A DNA stretch of 64,000 bases from Alphaproteobacteria bacterium (GTDB taxonomy: Bacteria > Pseudomonadota > Alphaproteobacteria > UBA9219): assembly GCA_041908065.1 (NCBI GenBank), contig JAYRGC010000070.1, positions 33,180-97,179 on the forward strand, in the 5' to 3' direction. The notes beneath the pieces were generated by a model, which was given only the letters and a program-made list of their open reading frames with translations, was not told the origin of the DNA and searched no databases. The first letter of the stretch is position 1, and each line of letters starts with the position of its first letter. This document shows positions 10,321 through 20,170 of this stretch, piece after piece. Both the position numbers and the translations under genes were made by a program.

Positions 10321-10400
10321 GGTGCGTTCCTCCCCCTAAGAAGGGGGAGGAACAGACCGTGATTGCTGAAAGAGAAATTCTTTACCCGCCAATTTTTAGA
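10321..10400. repeat. Variant MITE subfamily copy (hairpin cctcccccttaagaagggggagg plus degenerate TIR tacccgccaatttttagaaagagcc)
   Basis: Perfect 9-bp-stem palindrome at 10327-10352. Shares the core ggaggaacagaccg with 36670-36700. 3' TIR is related to the main MITE family. Confidence 0.6.
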
Positions 10401-10431
10401 AAGAGCCTAAAAAAGCGGAGCATCGTCGCCC

Positions 10432-11451
10432 ATGCGCTTTGGAAAAACCATAGACGGAAAAAGCTTCTTGGACGCTAAGGCTCTTTCAGAAGCGATGCTC
10501 GAAGCCTGCCGCGCCGCTAGGCCGTTTGTCGGGGCGACTTCGCCCAATCCTCCCGTGGGGGCTGCGGCCTTGGACGAAAGCGGACGGGTAATAGCCTTGG
10601 CTGCCCATCCAAAAGCCGGAGAGCCGCACGCGGAAGCCGCGCTTTTGCGCCATTGCCAAGCGGAAGGGATTTTGGCCGCGGTTCACGCCGTCTGCGTCAC
10701 GCTGGAGCCGTGCAACCACCATGGACGCACTCCGCCATGCTGCGACGCTTTGATAGCCGCCGGAATAAAGCGCGTCGCCATCGGCGCAAAAGATCCCAAT
10801 CCTGCCGTGCGCGGCGGCGGCATAGCCGCGTTGAGAAACGCCGGAATCGAGGTCGAGACGGGGATAGAGGAAGACGCTTGCCGCAGGCTGGCCTGCGGTT
10901 TCTTGAAAAGCGTGGAATGCGATCGCCCCTTCGTCGTTATCAAGACGGCCCTGGACAAAAACGGTTCGGCCATTCCGCCCAAGGGGAGCAAGACCTTCAC
11001 CTCGCCGTCGTCGCTGGCGATAGCCCATCGGCTGCGGAAACGGGCGGACGCCATATTGACGGGATCGGGGACGGTGTTGGCGGACGATCCCGCCTTCACC
11101 GTAAGGCTGGTCACGGATCATCCCGATAAAATCCGCCGTTTGGCGATATTGGATCGCCGCCGCCGCGTGCCGTACAAGTGGCTGAAAGACGCCGAAAAAC
11201 GCGGTTTCGCGCCGCTTATCGGCCTTGGCGTCGCCGAGGTTTTACAAGCCTTGCGGCAAGATCAGGCACGCGAGGTGCTAGTGGAGGCGGGGCCGCAAGC
11301 GACGAAGGCGGTGCTGGAAAGCGGGCAATGGGATATGTTAGTAGAGATCCGCCAAGGCTGTCCCGAAGATAAGATCGAAGTCCGCTTCAATCCGGACGCC
11401 TCGGCGGTTTTTTCGCCGGAGAATTTTATATTGGAAGATTTTCTTCCCTGA
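10432..11451 (+). CDS. ribD: Bifunctional riboflavin biosynthesis deaminase/reductase RibD
   Basis: Deaminase zinc motifs HAE ... PCNHHGRTPPC. C-terminal RibD reductase-like domain. Confidence 0.8.
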   Translation: MRFGKTIDGKSFLDAKALSEAMLEACRAARPFVGATSPNPPVGAAALDESGRVIALAAHPKAGEPHAEAALLRHCQAEGILAAVHAVCVTLEPCNHHGRTPPCCDALIAAGIKRVAIGAKDPNPAVRGGGIAALRNAGIEVETGIEEDACRRLACGFLKSVECDRPFVVIKTALDKNGSAIPPKGSKTFTSPSSLAIAHRLRKRADAILTGSGTVLADDPAFTVRLVTDHPDKIRRLAILDRRRRVPYKWLKDAEKRGFAPLIGLGVAEVLQALRQDQAREVLVEAGPQATKAVLESGQWDMLVEIRQGCPEDKIEVRFNPDASAVFSPENFILEDFLP

Positions 11452-11476
11452 GAATCGGTTAAGAAAGGAAAGCGCG

Positions 11477-12067
11477 TTGCGACACATATCCGAAGCCGAG
11501 CTTCCCACCCGTTTCGGCGATTTCCGCCTGCACGCCTTCGTCGATTCCGATGGACGCGAGCATATGGCCTTGATCTCCGGCCACCCCGCCCTAGGTTGCT
11601 TGGTGCGGGTTCACTCCGAATGCGCCACCGGAGACATCTTCGGCTCCATGCGTTGCGACTGCGGGTTCCAGTTGGAAACCTCGCTGGAGATGATCTCGCG
11701 CTCCGGCAACGGGATGCTGATTTACGTTCGCGGCCATGAAGGACGTGGCATAGGCTTGGCCAACAAAATAAGCGCGTATGCATTGCAGGAAAAAGGCTTG
11801 GACACAGCTGAGGCCAATCTTAAGCTGGGCTTTCCGGTAGACGGCCGCGATTATTCGGCGGCGGCGGCGATACTGCGGCATTTCGGAGTGACGGAGATTA
11901 GCCTGATAACCAACAATCGGGATAAAATACGGGCGTTGGAGGATTCCGGCATCAAAGTCCGCAAGCGCATCGGGCTGTGGGCGGACGACGGGCCCCACAA
12001 CGCCAGATACCTGAACACCAAGCGCGATGTCATGGGACATATGCCCAAGGAAAAGGGCGCTACATGA
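11477..12067 (+). CDS. ribA: GTP cyclohydrolase II
   Basis: Motifs VRVHSECATGDIFGSMRCDCGFQLE and GRGIGLANKISAYALQE. Confidence 0.85.
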   Translation: MRHISEAELPTRFGDFRLHAFVDSDGREHMALISGHPALGCLVRVHSECATGDIFGSMRCDCGFQLETSLEMISRSGNGMLIYVRGHEGRGIGLANKISAYALQEKGLDTAEANLKLGFPVDGRDYSAAAAILRHFGVTEISLITNNRDKIRALEDSGIKVRKRIGLWADDGPHNARYLNTKRDVMGHMPKEKGAT

Positions 12068-12894
12068 GAAACATGGTTTTCGACAGCCATCTCGGATTAG
12101 CCGAAGCCAGATGCGGCCGTTTCGCCTATAACCGCAACGACGTGTTCATGGGCAAGGCGTTGGAGCTGTACGGCGAATATAACCAGAGCGAGGCCGATTT
12201 CCTGTCGCGCCTTACGCCTCCCAATTCCCGCGTAATAGAGGCGGGGGCCAACATCGGATGCCACACCGTGCTGCTGGCCAAACTGGCGGGGGCGGGCGGA
12301 CGCGTGTTCGCTTTCGAACCGCAACGCCACTGCTTCGCCTTGCTTCAGGCGCAGCTAGCCCTCAACCGCCTCGACAACGTGCGGGCGTTCAACGAAGGGC
12401 TGGGAGCCGAGGACGGCGCGCTGTGGCTTCCGCCGCAAGACTACGAGCATGTAGGTAATTTCGGCGGCGTGGCTTTGGAAAAACAGCCGCAGTCGGATCG
12501 CCACGAGCAAGTGGCGGTGCGGCGCATCGACGGTCTTTTTTACGATTCTCCGATCAATCTTATAAAGATAGACGTGGAAGGGATGGAGCTGGATATAATC
12601 CGCGGCGGGGCCGAGGTGATAAAGCGTTACCATCCCGCCCTTTACGTCGAAAACGACCGCCCCGACCGATCTCCCGAACTTATCGCGGAAATACAAGGCC
12701 TTGGTTATCGGCTATGGTGGCATATGCCGCCGCTGTTCAATCCTGATAATTTCTTCCATAATGCGGATAACATCTATGGCGACATGGTTTCCGTAAATAT
12801 GCTGTGCTTGCACGGGGGACAGGAGATCAAGGTGGACGGATTGGCGGAAATAATCTCACCCTACGCTCCGCATCCATGCGTGAAAACGAAGTGA
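12064..12894 (+). CDS. FkbM-family SAM-dependent methyltransferase
   Basis: ATG overlaps the ribA stop (ATGA). Motifs GANIGCHTV and FAFEPQRHCF are typical of FkbM. Confidence 0.7.
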   Translation: MRNMVFDSHLGLAEARCGRFAYNRNDVFMGKALELYGEYNQSEADFLSRLTPPNSRVIEAGANIGCHTVLLAKLAGAGGRVFAFEPQRHCFALLQAQLALNRLDNVRAFNEGLGAEDGALWLPPQDYEHVGNFGGVALEKQPQSDRHEQVAVRRIDGLFYDSPINLIKIDVEGMELDIIRGGAEVIKRYHPALYVENDRPDRSPELIAEIQGLGYRLWWHMPPLFNPDNFFHNADNIYGDMVSVNMLCLHGGQEIKVDGLAEIISPYAPHPCVKTK

Positions 12895-12973
12895 AGCGGC
12901 ATTAAGATTCCTACGCGAAAGGATCACGGCCATGAGAATCGCAACCAACGCCATCGCCAAAAAAGAGGCTCCG

Positions 12974-13837
12974 ATGCTGAAAGTCGCCGCTACGGTTCAG
13001 GAACTGAAAATGGCCATGGCGGCGTGGCGAGTCCACGACGAGACCATCGCCTTCGTTCCCACCATGGGGGCATTGCACGAAGGCCATATGGAGCTGGTCA
13101 AAAGGGCGCAGAACCTAGCCACTCGGACGGTGGTGTCGATTTTCGTCAATCCCTTGCAATTCGCGCCGTCCGAGGATCTCTCCCGCTATCCTCGACCGAT
13201 CGAAAACGACAAGCAGCTGTTGGAGGCTGTGGGTTGCGATTTGCTGTTCGCTCCGCCGCCCGAGGAAATGTACCCCGAAGGCTTCGCCGCCCGCGTCGAT
13301 CCCGGCCCGATGGCCACGGTGTTGGAAGGCGCGTTCCGCCCCGGGCATTTTACCGGGGTGGCCACGGTTGTGGCGCGGTTGCTGATGATGGTGTCCGCTG
13401 ATTACGCCTGTTTCGGAGAAAAGGACTATCAACAATTGCGGATTATCGAGCGGGTTGTAAAGGATCTGGCCATACCGACCGCCATAGTTCCGGTTCCCAT
13501 AGTGCGCGAGGCCGACGGCTTGGCCCTTTCCAGCCGCAACGCCTATCTGTCGCCGCCGGAGCGAGTGCAGGCGGTATCATTGTCGCGGACGCTGTTTATG
13601 GCCGCCGAAAAAATCCGCGACGGGGCAAGCGTCAGGGAGACTTTGGATGCCGGTAAAAAGCAGTTGGCCGATGCCGGATTCCGCGTCGACTATCTGGAGC
13701 TGGCGGACGGGAAAAATCTGTCCTCGCTGTCGTTGGCGCAAGACAACGCCCGTTTGCTCGTCGCCGCCCGCATAGGCGGCACGAGATTGATAGACAATCT
13801 GGCGTTGTACGAAGAAACCGGCGAAGAGAACGCCTGA
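12974..13837 (+). CDS. panC: Pantoate--beta-alanine ligase
   Basis: Motifs FVPTMGALHEGHMELV and SIFVNPLQF. ATG at 12974 with an upstream AAAAGAGG ribosome-binding site (RBS). Confidence 0.85.
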   Translation: MLKVAATVQELKMAMAAWRVHDETIAFVPTMGALHEGHMELVKRAQNLATRTVVSIFVNPLQFAPSEDLSRYPRPIENDKQLLEAVGCDLLFAPPPEEMYPEGFAARVDPGPMATVLEGAFRPGHFTGVATVVARLLMMVSADYACFGEKDYQQLRIIERVVKDLAIPTAIVPVPIVREADGLALSSRNAYLSPPERVQAVSLSRTLFMAAEKIRDGASVRETLDAGKKQLADAGFRVDYLELADGKNLSSLSLAQDNARLLVAARIGGTRLIDNLALYEETGEENA

Positions 13838-13999
13838 GAGCTTGTTTACAAAGCCGCTGCGGCTAAGGATTTTCGTGGTTTTCGAGAACCGAAACGCAAG
13901 CGTATATGGACATACGTGCGTACCGGAAGCGCAGAAAACCGCGAAAAGCCAACGCCGCAGTCGAGCTTTGTAAACAGGCTCTGAGAGCGCGTTCGACCG

Positions 14000-15250
14000 T
14001 TAATCGCGCATATGGGCGCGGATAAAGTCGCGGATTATGGGCTGGATGTTGTTGCGCCATTTGCGCCCGTTGAATATGCCGTAGTGTCCCACGCCTATCT
14101 CCAGATGCGCCTTCTTTTTTTCGTGGGGCAGTCCGCCGCAAAGATCGTGGGCGTGGCGCGTTTGTCCCGGGGCCGAGATGTCGTCCAATTCGCCCTCGAT
14201 CGTCAGCAGCGCGGTTTTCTTTATCGCTTGCGGGCGCACCAGCCGATCGTGCCACATGAACGTCCCGTTGGGCAGCTCGTGGCGTTGGAACACCCTTTCC
14301 ACGGTTTGAAGGTAAAATTCCGCCGTGGTGTCCATAACCGACAGATATTCGTCGTAGAACTGGCGGTGCGACGCCGCCGAGTCGCCGTCGCCGCGCACCA
14401 GATTTTCGAACAGCTTGAAATGCTCGCCGATGTGCCGCTCCATGTTCATCGACATGAAGCCGTGAAGCTGGATAAATCCCGGATACACCATGCGTCCGCC
14501 GCCCGGGTAATAGAACGGCAAGGAGTGTATGACGGTGTTGCGGAACCATTCTATGGGGTGCTTTTCCGCCAACTCGGTGACGGCGGTCTTTTCGTAACGC
14601 GCGTCGATGGGTCCGCCCATCAAAGCCATGGAGCGGGGTTGCGCCGGATCTTCCATGTCGGCCATCAAGGCCACGGCGCACAACACCGGAACCGCCGGTT
14701 GGCACACCGCCATCAGATGCACGTCCGGCCCTAAAAGGCGGACAAACTCGATGACGTATTCGATATAGTCGTCGAGATCGAACTTGCCACACGACAAGGG
14801 AACCAGCCGCGCGTCCAGCCAATCGGTGATATAGACGTTATGCTCCGGCAACATGGCCTCGACCGTGCCTCGCAACAACGTCGCGTGGTGGCCGGACATC
14901 GGGGCTACTATCAGCACCTTGGGATCGCGTTCCAGCCGCTTGTCGATCTCGGCGTCAGAACTGTGGCGGTTGAAGCGGATAAGGCGGCAAAACGGCTTGT
15001 GCAAGATCACTTCCTCGCGGATGCCGATCTCGTCGCCGTTGCATTTTACCGCGTCTATCCCGAATTCCTGTTTGCTGAAACGGCGGGTAGTGCGCTCGAA
15101 AAGCTCAGCGCCGGCCGCCATCGCCCGCCCTATGTGGGTGTTGGCCATCGGCATCAGAGGATGGCGCAACGACGCCTGCGCCGCCTCGGCCGCTATCCTC
15201 CACGGAATCATGGCGGCGTTATGCAGGTCGTAAAGGTGGTACATCGGCAT
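14000..15250 (-). CDS. phaZ: Intracellular polyhydroxyalkanoate (PHB) depolymerase PhaZ
   Basis: N-terminus MPMYHLYDLHNAAMIPWR. Conserved along its length with alpha-proteobacterial PhaZ. Confidence 0.8.
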   Translation of the reverse strand: MPMYHLYDLHNAAMIPWRIAAEAAQASLRHPLMPMANTHIGRAMAAGAELFERTTRRFSKQEFGIDAVKCNGDEIGIREEVILHKPFCRLIRFNRHSSDAEIDKRLERDPKVLIVAPMSGHHATLLRGTVEAMLPEHNVYITDWLDARLVPLSCGKFDLDDYIEYVIEFVRLLGPDVHLMAVCQPAVPVLCAVALMADMEDPAQPRSMALMGGPIDARYEKTAVTELAEKHPIEWFRNTVIHSLPFYYPGGGRMVYPGFIQLHGFMSMNMERHIGEHFKLFENLVRGDGDSAASHRQFYDEYLSVMDTTAEFYLQTVERVFQRHELPNGTFMWHDRLVRPQAIKKTALLTIEGELDDISAPGQTRHAHDLCGGLPHEKKKAHLEIGVGHYGIFNGRKWRNNIQPIIRDFIRAHMRD

Positions 15251-15302
15251 GACGGAACCTTTGAAAACCGGAGATGATAACCGATTAAACTCTATCCGAA
15301 CC

Positions 15303-15821
15303 TTATCCTAAACGCGCCGAACGGCTTACGACATAAGCAGGGCGGCTCGTTTCCGAAAACATCATGAAAGCCAGAAACGCCCAAAGCCAAGAGCGGGCGC
15401 GGCGGCGGCGTCTTTCGTCTTCGCGTTTTTCTCGCCGCAGCCTTTCTTTCTCGTCTTCGGCGAACAATCCGCCGCCCTCTTCTAAGGGATTCAACGAATA
15501 GGCCACGGCGGCGGCGCGGCGCAATCCGCCGCGCTCGCGCATGAAACGATGACGATCCTCGATATGGATGATGCGGCTGATGACATCGGCTTCGCGGGCG
15601 CGATAGACCGCTATTTGCTCCAACAGCCGCGACAGCTTGGCCACGACCGAGGAGGCAGGAACCGACGCGCCGCGAACCGCGCGGCGGCAGGCCTCAGCCC
15701 TCGTCTCCAGCCGACCGATTTTCCTGACGCGGCGACCCCATGCGTCGACCAAGACCGCCAATTTGCCCTTGGCGGCCAGACGGCGCATCCGGCTTCTTTC
15801 CTGAACGAGAGCCTTGATCAT
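15303..15821 (-). CDS. Hypothetical protein (Arg-rich, C-terminal TM segment)
   Basis: 172-aa ORF with coding-like composition. No family recognised. Confidence 0.35.
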   Translation of the reverse strand: MIKALVQERSRMRRLAAKGKLAVLVDAWGRRVRKIGRLETRAEACRRAVRGASVPASSVVAKLSRLLEQIAVYRAREADVISRIIHIEDRHRFMRERGGLRRAAAVAYSLNPLEEGGGLFAEDEKERLRREKREDERRRRRARSWLWAFLAFMMFSETSRPAYVVSRSARLG

Positions 15822-15995
15822 GGGTTGCCTATCGGAGCCTTTGCCTTACATGTCCTCACATCGCGCTTTCTAGCATAAAGATATGAAATATAGGTTAAGT
15901 CGCCGCATGTTTTTTCGTTATCACTTTATTTGTATTTCATTAACCAATTCGAAAAGACAAAGGCGCATAATAGGCGTCCTAATAACTATGTATTA

Positions 15996-16086
15996 GGCTC
16001 TTTCTGAAAACGGGTGGGTAATTTCGTAGTCGCCTGCATCGGCTCGCAATGACGTCTCTTTATTCCCACCTGTTTTGCGTAAGAGC
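15996..16086. repeat. MITE-like element copy B (minimal: both TIRs plus cggctcgcaatgacg core)
   Basis: TIR ggctctttctgaaaacgggtgggta at 15996 and tcccacctgttttgcgtaagagcc ending at 16086. Confidence 0.8.
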
Positions 16087-16109
16087 CATGTATTAAGGGT
16101 TTCCGCCAA

Positions 16110-16655
16110 ATGCCTACCAAATCGAACGGCAAGAAAAGGACCGGACGCGACGCCTCCGGCGACAATTTGGCGTCTCATAGGGCGTTGCTGAAAAAAGCGA
16201 CGGACGTGGCTCGTCGTCAGCCAGAACGAGGGGGCAGCCCCCATCCCAGCGTTCGCGTCGGCGCGGTTTTGGTCGACAGGCAAGGAAGGATAGCCGCCAC
16301 GGCGGCCAACCGCTTCGCCCACGGCGTGGACAGCCATAGAAGCGAGCGTTACGCCAGCGGCAGGAAATCGTTGTGGATCAACTGCGCCGAACAAATGGCG
16401 ATAGCGTCAGCGGCCAAAAAGGGGCGAAAAATATCCGGCGGCAAGATATACGTCACGCTGGAGCCTTGCGCCGTGTGCGCGGGAATAATCGCCGAATGCG
16501 GAATATCCGAGGTTTTCGTGCCGGTGGGGGCTTTGCGCGTCTATTCCCGCCTAAAAAACAAATGGAAACAAAGCATAGAGATCGGCATGACCAAACTGGC
16601 CGAGGCGGGGGTTAAGCTCACATCGATAGACGCGAAGCAGTCCCTCAAGCAGTGA
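16110..16655 (+). CDS. Cytidine/deoxycytidylate deaminase-family zinc-binding protein
   Basis: CAE ... PCAVCAG zinc-ligand motifs. Confidence 0.65.
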   Translation: MPTKSNGKKRTGRDASGDNLASHRALLKKATDVARRQPERGGSPHPSVRVGAVLVDRQGRIAATAANRFAHGVDSHRSERYASGRKSLWINCAEQMAIASAAKKGRKISGGKIYVTLEPCAVCAGIIAECGISEVFVPVGALRVYSRLKNKWKQSIEIGMTKLAEAGVKLTSIDAKQSLKQ

Positions 16656-16763
16656 TTAACCGCTTTTTAACCTTGTTCGTGGCAGCCGCGTTAAACGTTG
16701 CTTAATCCGAAAGTGCTATAGCTGAACAGTGTAAATGCTCCTTGAACTGTCGGAAGGCGGGGC

Positions 16764-17183
16764 GTGATGAAGGATGTCGTGCGCGTAACTGAAGAACAGG
16801 CGGTGCGGATGCTGTCCAACGCGCTGGTTTTGGCTGGTCGCGAAATGGGCGATGGCGGCGATCACTGGCCGGTCATAAAATCCGCCATCCGCGATCTGAA
16901 CGCGGACTGGGAAAAACTGAAAATAGAGCGCGCCGTTCACGCCGAGATGCAGGAGCATCTCTACGCCGCGCTGGCCGAGATGGAAAGCCGCGCTCGCGGC
17001 TGCGATGCGGCGACAAAAGCCGAGGTAATGCCCAAGCTGCGGGAATTGCGGGAGATATACGACGCTTTCTTTTCCCCCGTTCCCCTCGCCTCTCCCGTTG
17101 CGGCGGCCAACGACGAGGAAACCCCGAATTACGTCAAAAGGATAGAGAATATGATGGAAATTTTTGAAGGAGAAAAAACATGA
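16764..17183 (+). CDS. Hypothetical protein
   Basis: 139-aa ORF with no recognised family. Confidence 0.35.
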   Translation: MMKDVVRVTEEQAVRMLSNALVLAGREMGDGGDHWPVIKSAIRDLNADWEKLKIERAVHAEMQEHLYAALAEMESRARGCDAATKAEVMPKLRELREIYDAFFSPVPLASPVAAANDEETPNYVKRIENMMEIFEGEKT

Positions 17184-17452
17184 ACGGAATGGGATTGGGC
17201 AGAATGCCGAGGGAAATAGCGCGAGAACTGCAAGGATTGAACACGGGGCCTTTCATGGGGCGGGCTTTGGGCCTGTTGGCGGCTCTCGCCGTAGTTTCCC
17301 AGCTTTCCGGTCCGGCGCAAGATTCCATGCAGGTTCTCAACGCGGCGGCAGGAGCGGAAAATCCCCCGACAGCGCAAATCCCGACCGCAGCCCCCCAAAG
17401 GCCGCGAACATCCCCTACGTTGCGGCCACAAGGGCCTGCGCCGACGGTTTAG
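17180..17452 (+). CDS. Small hypothetical secreted/membrane protein
   Basis: ATGA overlap with the upstream ORF. Hydrophobic segment LGLLAALAVVSQL. Weak call. Confidence 0.25.
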   Translation: MNGMGLGRMPREIARELQGLNTGPFMGRALGLLAALAVVSQLSGPAQDSMQVLNAAAGAENPPTAQIPTAAPQRPRTSPTLRPQGPAPTV

Positions 17453-17469
17453 AGCCTGTTCAGAATCTC

Positions 17470-17565
17470 GTTACGCTGCGGCGAAGCAATCCAGTGCCGT
17501 TGCGCCTGTGGCTCTGGATTGATTCGCGTCGCAAGAGCGACGCTCGCAATGACGTCGCTTGCTGC
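17470..17565. repeat. MITE-like element partial copy C (hairpin plus cgctcgcaatgacg module, no TIRs)
   Basis: Sequence ggcgaagcaatccag...ctggattgattcgcg followed by gacgctcgcaatgacgtcgcttgctgc. Confidence 0.7.
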
Positions 17566-17751
17566 TTATCTTGTGCATAGTTATGCGGAGGATCGTCCTC
17601 TCACCAAGATTCGCCCAAGGCATTTCTATTCACAATGGCCGCGTCCCTCCGTTTCGAGCTGATGCCGATGGCGATGCCAACTAGCAAACGCGGCACCAAG
17701 ACCTCTGGTATAATGCCAATGGCCATACAAGACTCCGCTTAGGACGCGGGA

Positions 17752-18480
17752 CTACAAACCGCAACCCATGCAACGCAGGCGGAACGGGATTGCTATGGAG
17801 TTGGTATTGTTATTGCGATTGCACCTTGTCATCGCGGTGGCGACCTGTACCGGAAACCGAACGGGCACACCATTTATTCCTATGGAGCTGGGCAACGCAG
17901 GATCCGGCCCATCGAATAAACCATAACCGGATGGAGAATTATCATCGGGATTAGCCGTAAGCCTAGTAGCCAACTCCACGCACGCGCCACGGGGAAGGCC
18001 GTCCAACATGATGCAGAAACTTTGTTTTCGCGCGGAGAAACTTTGTTTTCGCGCGGGATCTCGCATGTCAACCGGGTTAGCCGGGCAATTTCTACCCCCC
18101 CCCGGCCTATTATCATCAATCTGAAAATTACCCCCCCATGGATTTTGAAGCGTATAGGGTGGACCGGACGCCCTGTTGGAAACGAGTTCCAAGGGAATGG
18201 TGTGAGTTATCACAAGGGTATTGGTTAAATTAACTGCATTTCCATTGGCGTTATTTCCATTTAAATTGATGTCCCCTAGACTTCCATAATGTTTCCGTAT
18301 CTCATGCACCACCTGCTCGACCTGCGCCACGGCGCGTTCGACGCGGGCTTTTTCCATCTCCATATTGGTGATGCTCCAGATTCCGGCGATTATGAAAGAC
18401 GCGACCGCCAGCACGACCGCCATCTCGATCATGGTGTAGCCGGAGCGGCGGCTATCGCATCCTAAACGATATGCTGACAT
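17752..18480 (-). CDS. Type IVb minor pilin-like protein (prepilin-type N-terminus)
   Basis: Leader MSAYRLGCDSRRSG followed by YTMIEMAVVLAVASFIIAGIW, a class III signal. Last gene of the pil operon. Confidence 0.7.
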   Translation of the reverse strand: MSAYRLGCDSRRSGYTMIEMAVVLAVASFIIAGIWSITNMEMEKARVERAVAQVEQVVHEIRKHYGSLGDINLNGNNANGNAVNLTNTLVITHTIPLELVSNRASGPPYTLQNPWGGNFQIDDNRPGGGRNCPANPVDMRDPARKQSFSARKQSFCIMLDGLPRGACVELATRLTANPDDNSPSGYGLFDGPDPALPSSIGINGVPVRFPVQVATAMTRCNRNNNTNSIAIPFRLRCMGCGL

Positions 18481-19057
18481 TGTTGTTGTTCCCTGCGGCG
18501 TTACACCATGCGGATGCCGTGGTGGCACTTAGTGGCAGCGGGACCGCGCCGCCCGGATTGGCTATGTTGTTAAGATCGATTGTGACATTTCCTCCGGGGG
18601 CGGTCACCGTGAAAATTCCCGCCTCCTCCGACAGCACCGGAAGATATATCAAAAGATTAGCGCATTTCTGCTTGTCCAAGCCGTTGAAGTTGAAGCGGAC
18701 AAATGTTCTGACTTGGGGTTCGGTTCCAATCCTTATGCCGTCGACGGAAAAAGCCCCGCCCATCAAATGGGTGTAATTGCCGTTACTTACCCTCATCTCG
18801 ACCGGTATCATTCCTTGGGTAAAAAGCGCGTTGGTTATATTGTTTTGGGTAGCCGGGGGCTGATACGTTCTGTTCCGCATGTCCTGCACCATTTCCCACA
18901 TCTGCTGGTACACGCTGTAGGTCTGGTAATTTCGCCATGCCGCAGCGGCGGCCACCCATCCGGCGCTGATGACCAAAGTCGATATGCCCAAGGCTATCGC
19001 CGCTTCGGTTAGCGTGAACCCGCGTCTTCCGCTGCGTCTTTTGCCTATAACCATCAT
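18452..19057 (-). CDS. pilS: Type IVb major prepilin (R64 PilS-like)
   Basis: Leader MMVIGKRRSGRRG|FTLTEAAIALGISTLVISAGW. About 200 aa with long basic leader, typical of type IVb pilins. Confidence 0.8.
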   Translation of the reverse strand: MMVIGKRRSGRRGFTLTEAAIALGISTLVISAGWVAAAAAWRNYQTYSVYQQMWEMVQDMRNRTYQPPATQNNITNALFTQGMIPVEMRVSNGNYTHLMGGAFSVDGIRIGTEPQVRTFVRFNFNGLDKQKCANLLIYLPVLSEEAGIFTVTAPGGNVTIDLNNIANPGGAVPLPLSATTASAWCNAAGNNNNVSISFRMR

Positions 19058-19060
19058 GCG

Positions 19061-20170
19061 TCACATGCCCATTCCGCCGCCCATGCCACCGCCGCGAGAC
19101 ACTTCGGTAACGACGTCGAAAACCGAAAGCATCGTCCACGCGATGGTAGCGCCCACGACCATCAAACCGACGTTGCGAGCTACGACGGCCTGATCCTTAA
19201 GCTCGTCTATCTGGTCGCGAATCCATTCGTTGGCCACCTGTTCGATCACGCCGCCGACGTCGGCGCGTTCGGAGAGAATTTCCAAATCCACCGCCACGCC
19301 CGGATCGGGAAACCCGTAATCGCCCACCCGCAAGGCCTCGCCGAGATTGCGTCCGCGCAAAACCTCCTGCCGCGCCGAGTATATGCGCTCGCGCAGCCAC
19401 GGGGTAGCCTGTTCCTCTAAAATCTCAAGGGAACGCTTGAGAGGAACCTGCGCCCCCAGCAACGCCGAAAGCCCCAGCAGAAAGCTGCTGCCCTGCAGGA
19501 CGCGATACCACGACCACGGCGGAAAGCGATCCAGCTTGACCCTCAGCCTGCCGCGCCAAAGCGGCAGCGTCACGGTTATTAGAAACACTATTCCGATTAG
19601 CACGGCCACCACCACCAAGCCCCATTCGGCTAGAAAATCCGACACGGCGGCGACGTTGCCCATCTTGGCCATGACCTGCGGAGGGGCGGTTTTCTTCATG
19701 TTCTGGATCAGGTTGACGCCGAACATGTACAAGACGAAGCCGACCAGCACCACCATGAAGCCCGGGTAGGAAACCGCATAGGACACGGCGGCGCGCATTT
19801 CCCGCGTGCGTTCGCCCATAGCCTGTATCGAGGCGAAAGCCTTGGCCATGGTTCCGGATTCTTCTCCGGCGCGGATCATGTACAGCTCGGCCGGAGGGAC
19901 CCAGCCCTCCATCGATTCCGCCAAGCCTTTTCCGGCGCGATCCTTCAAAAACCACTCGCGGATCGCCAACGCGGCTATGCGGCGGGGATAACGTCCCATT
20001 TCCGAAGCGTTCTGATATAGGCGGTCGAGCGCGCTCGACAACGCTTCGTTCATCCGCAACATGCCTTCCAGCTTGCGGTATATCCTGTACCGGATCTTGC
20101 GGTTGTGCCTGAATTGGAGCTGGTTGAACGACCGCTCCAGATCGTCAAGGTTGAAACTTTCCAAACTCAT
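19061..20170 (-). CDS. pilR: Type IVb pilus inner-membrane platform protein (GspF/PilC family; R64 PilR-like)
   Basis: Polytopic membrane protein with GspF-like cytoplasmic domains. ATGA overlap with the upstream ATPase. Confidence 0.75.
   Translation of the reverse strand: MSLESFNLDDLERSFNQLQFRHNRKIRYRIYRKLEGMLRMNEALSSALDRLYQNASEMGRYPRRIAALAIREWFLKDRAGKGLAESMEGWVPPAELYMIRAGEESGTMAKAFASIQAMGERTREMRAAVSYAVSYPGFMVVLVGFVLYMFGVNLIQNMKKTAPPQVMAKMGNVAAVSDFLAEWGLVVVAVLIGIVFLITVTLPLWRGRLRVKLDRFPPWSWYRVLQGSSFLLGLSALLGAQVPLKRSLEILEEQATPWLRERIYSARQEVLRGRNLGEALRVGDYGFPDPGVAVDLEILSERADVGGVIEQVANEWIRDQIDELKDQAVVARNVGLMVVGATIAWTMLSVFDVVTEVSRGGGMGGGMGM

Noticed and set aside
13863-14822. 319-aa ORF on the minus strand
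   Set aside because: It lies entirely inside phaZ in another frame, its product is Arg/Gly-rich low-complexity, and phaZ has clear homology.
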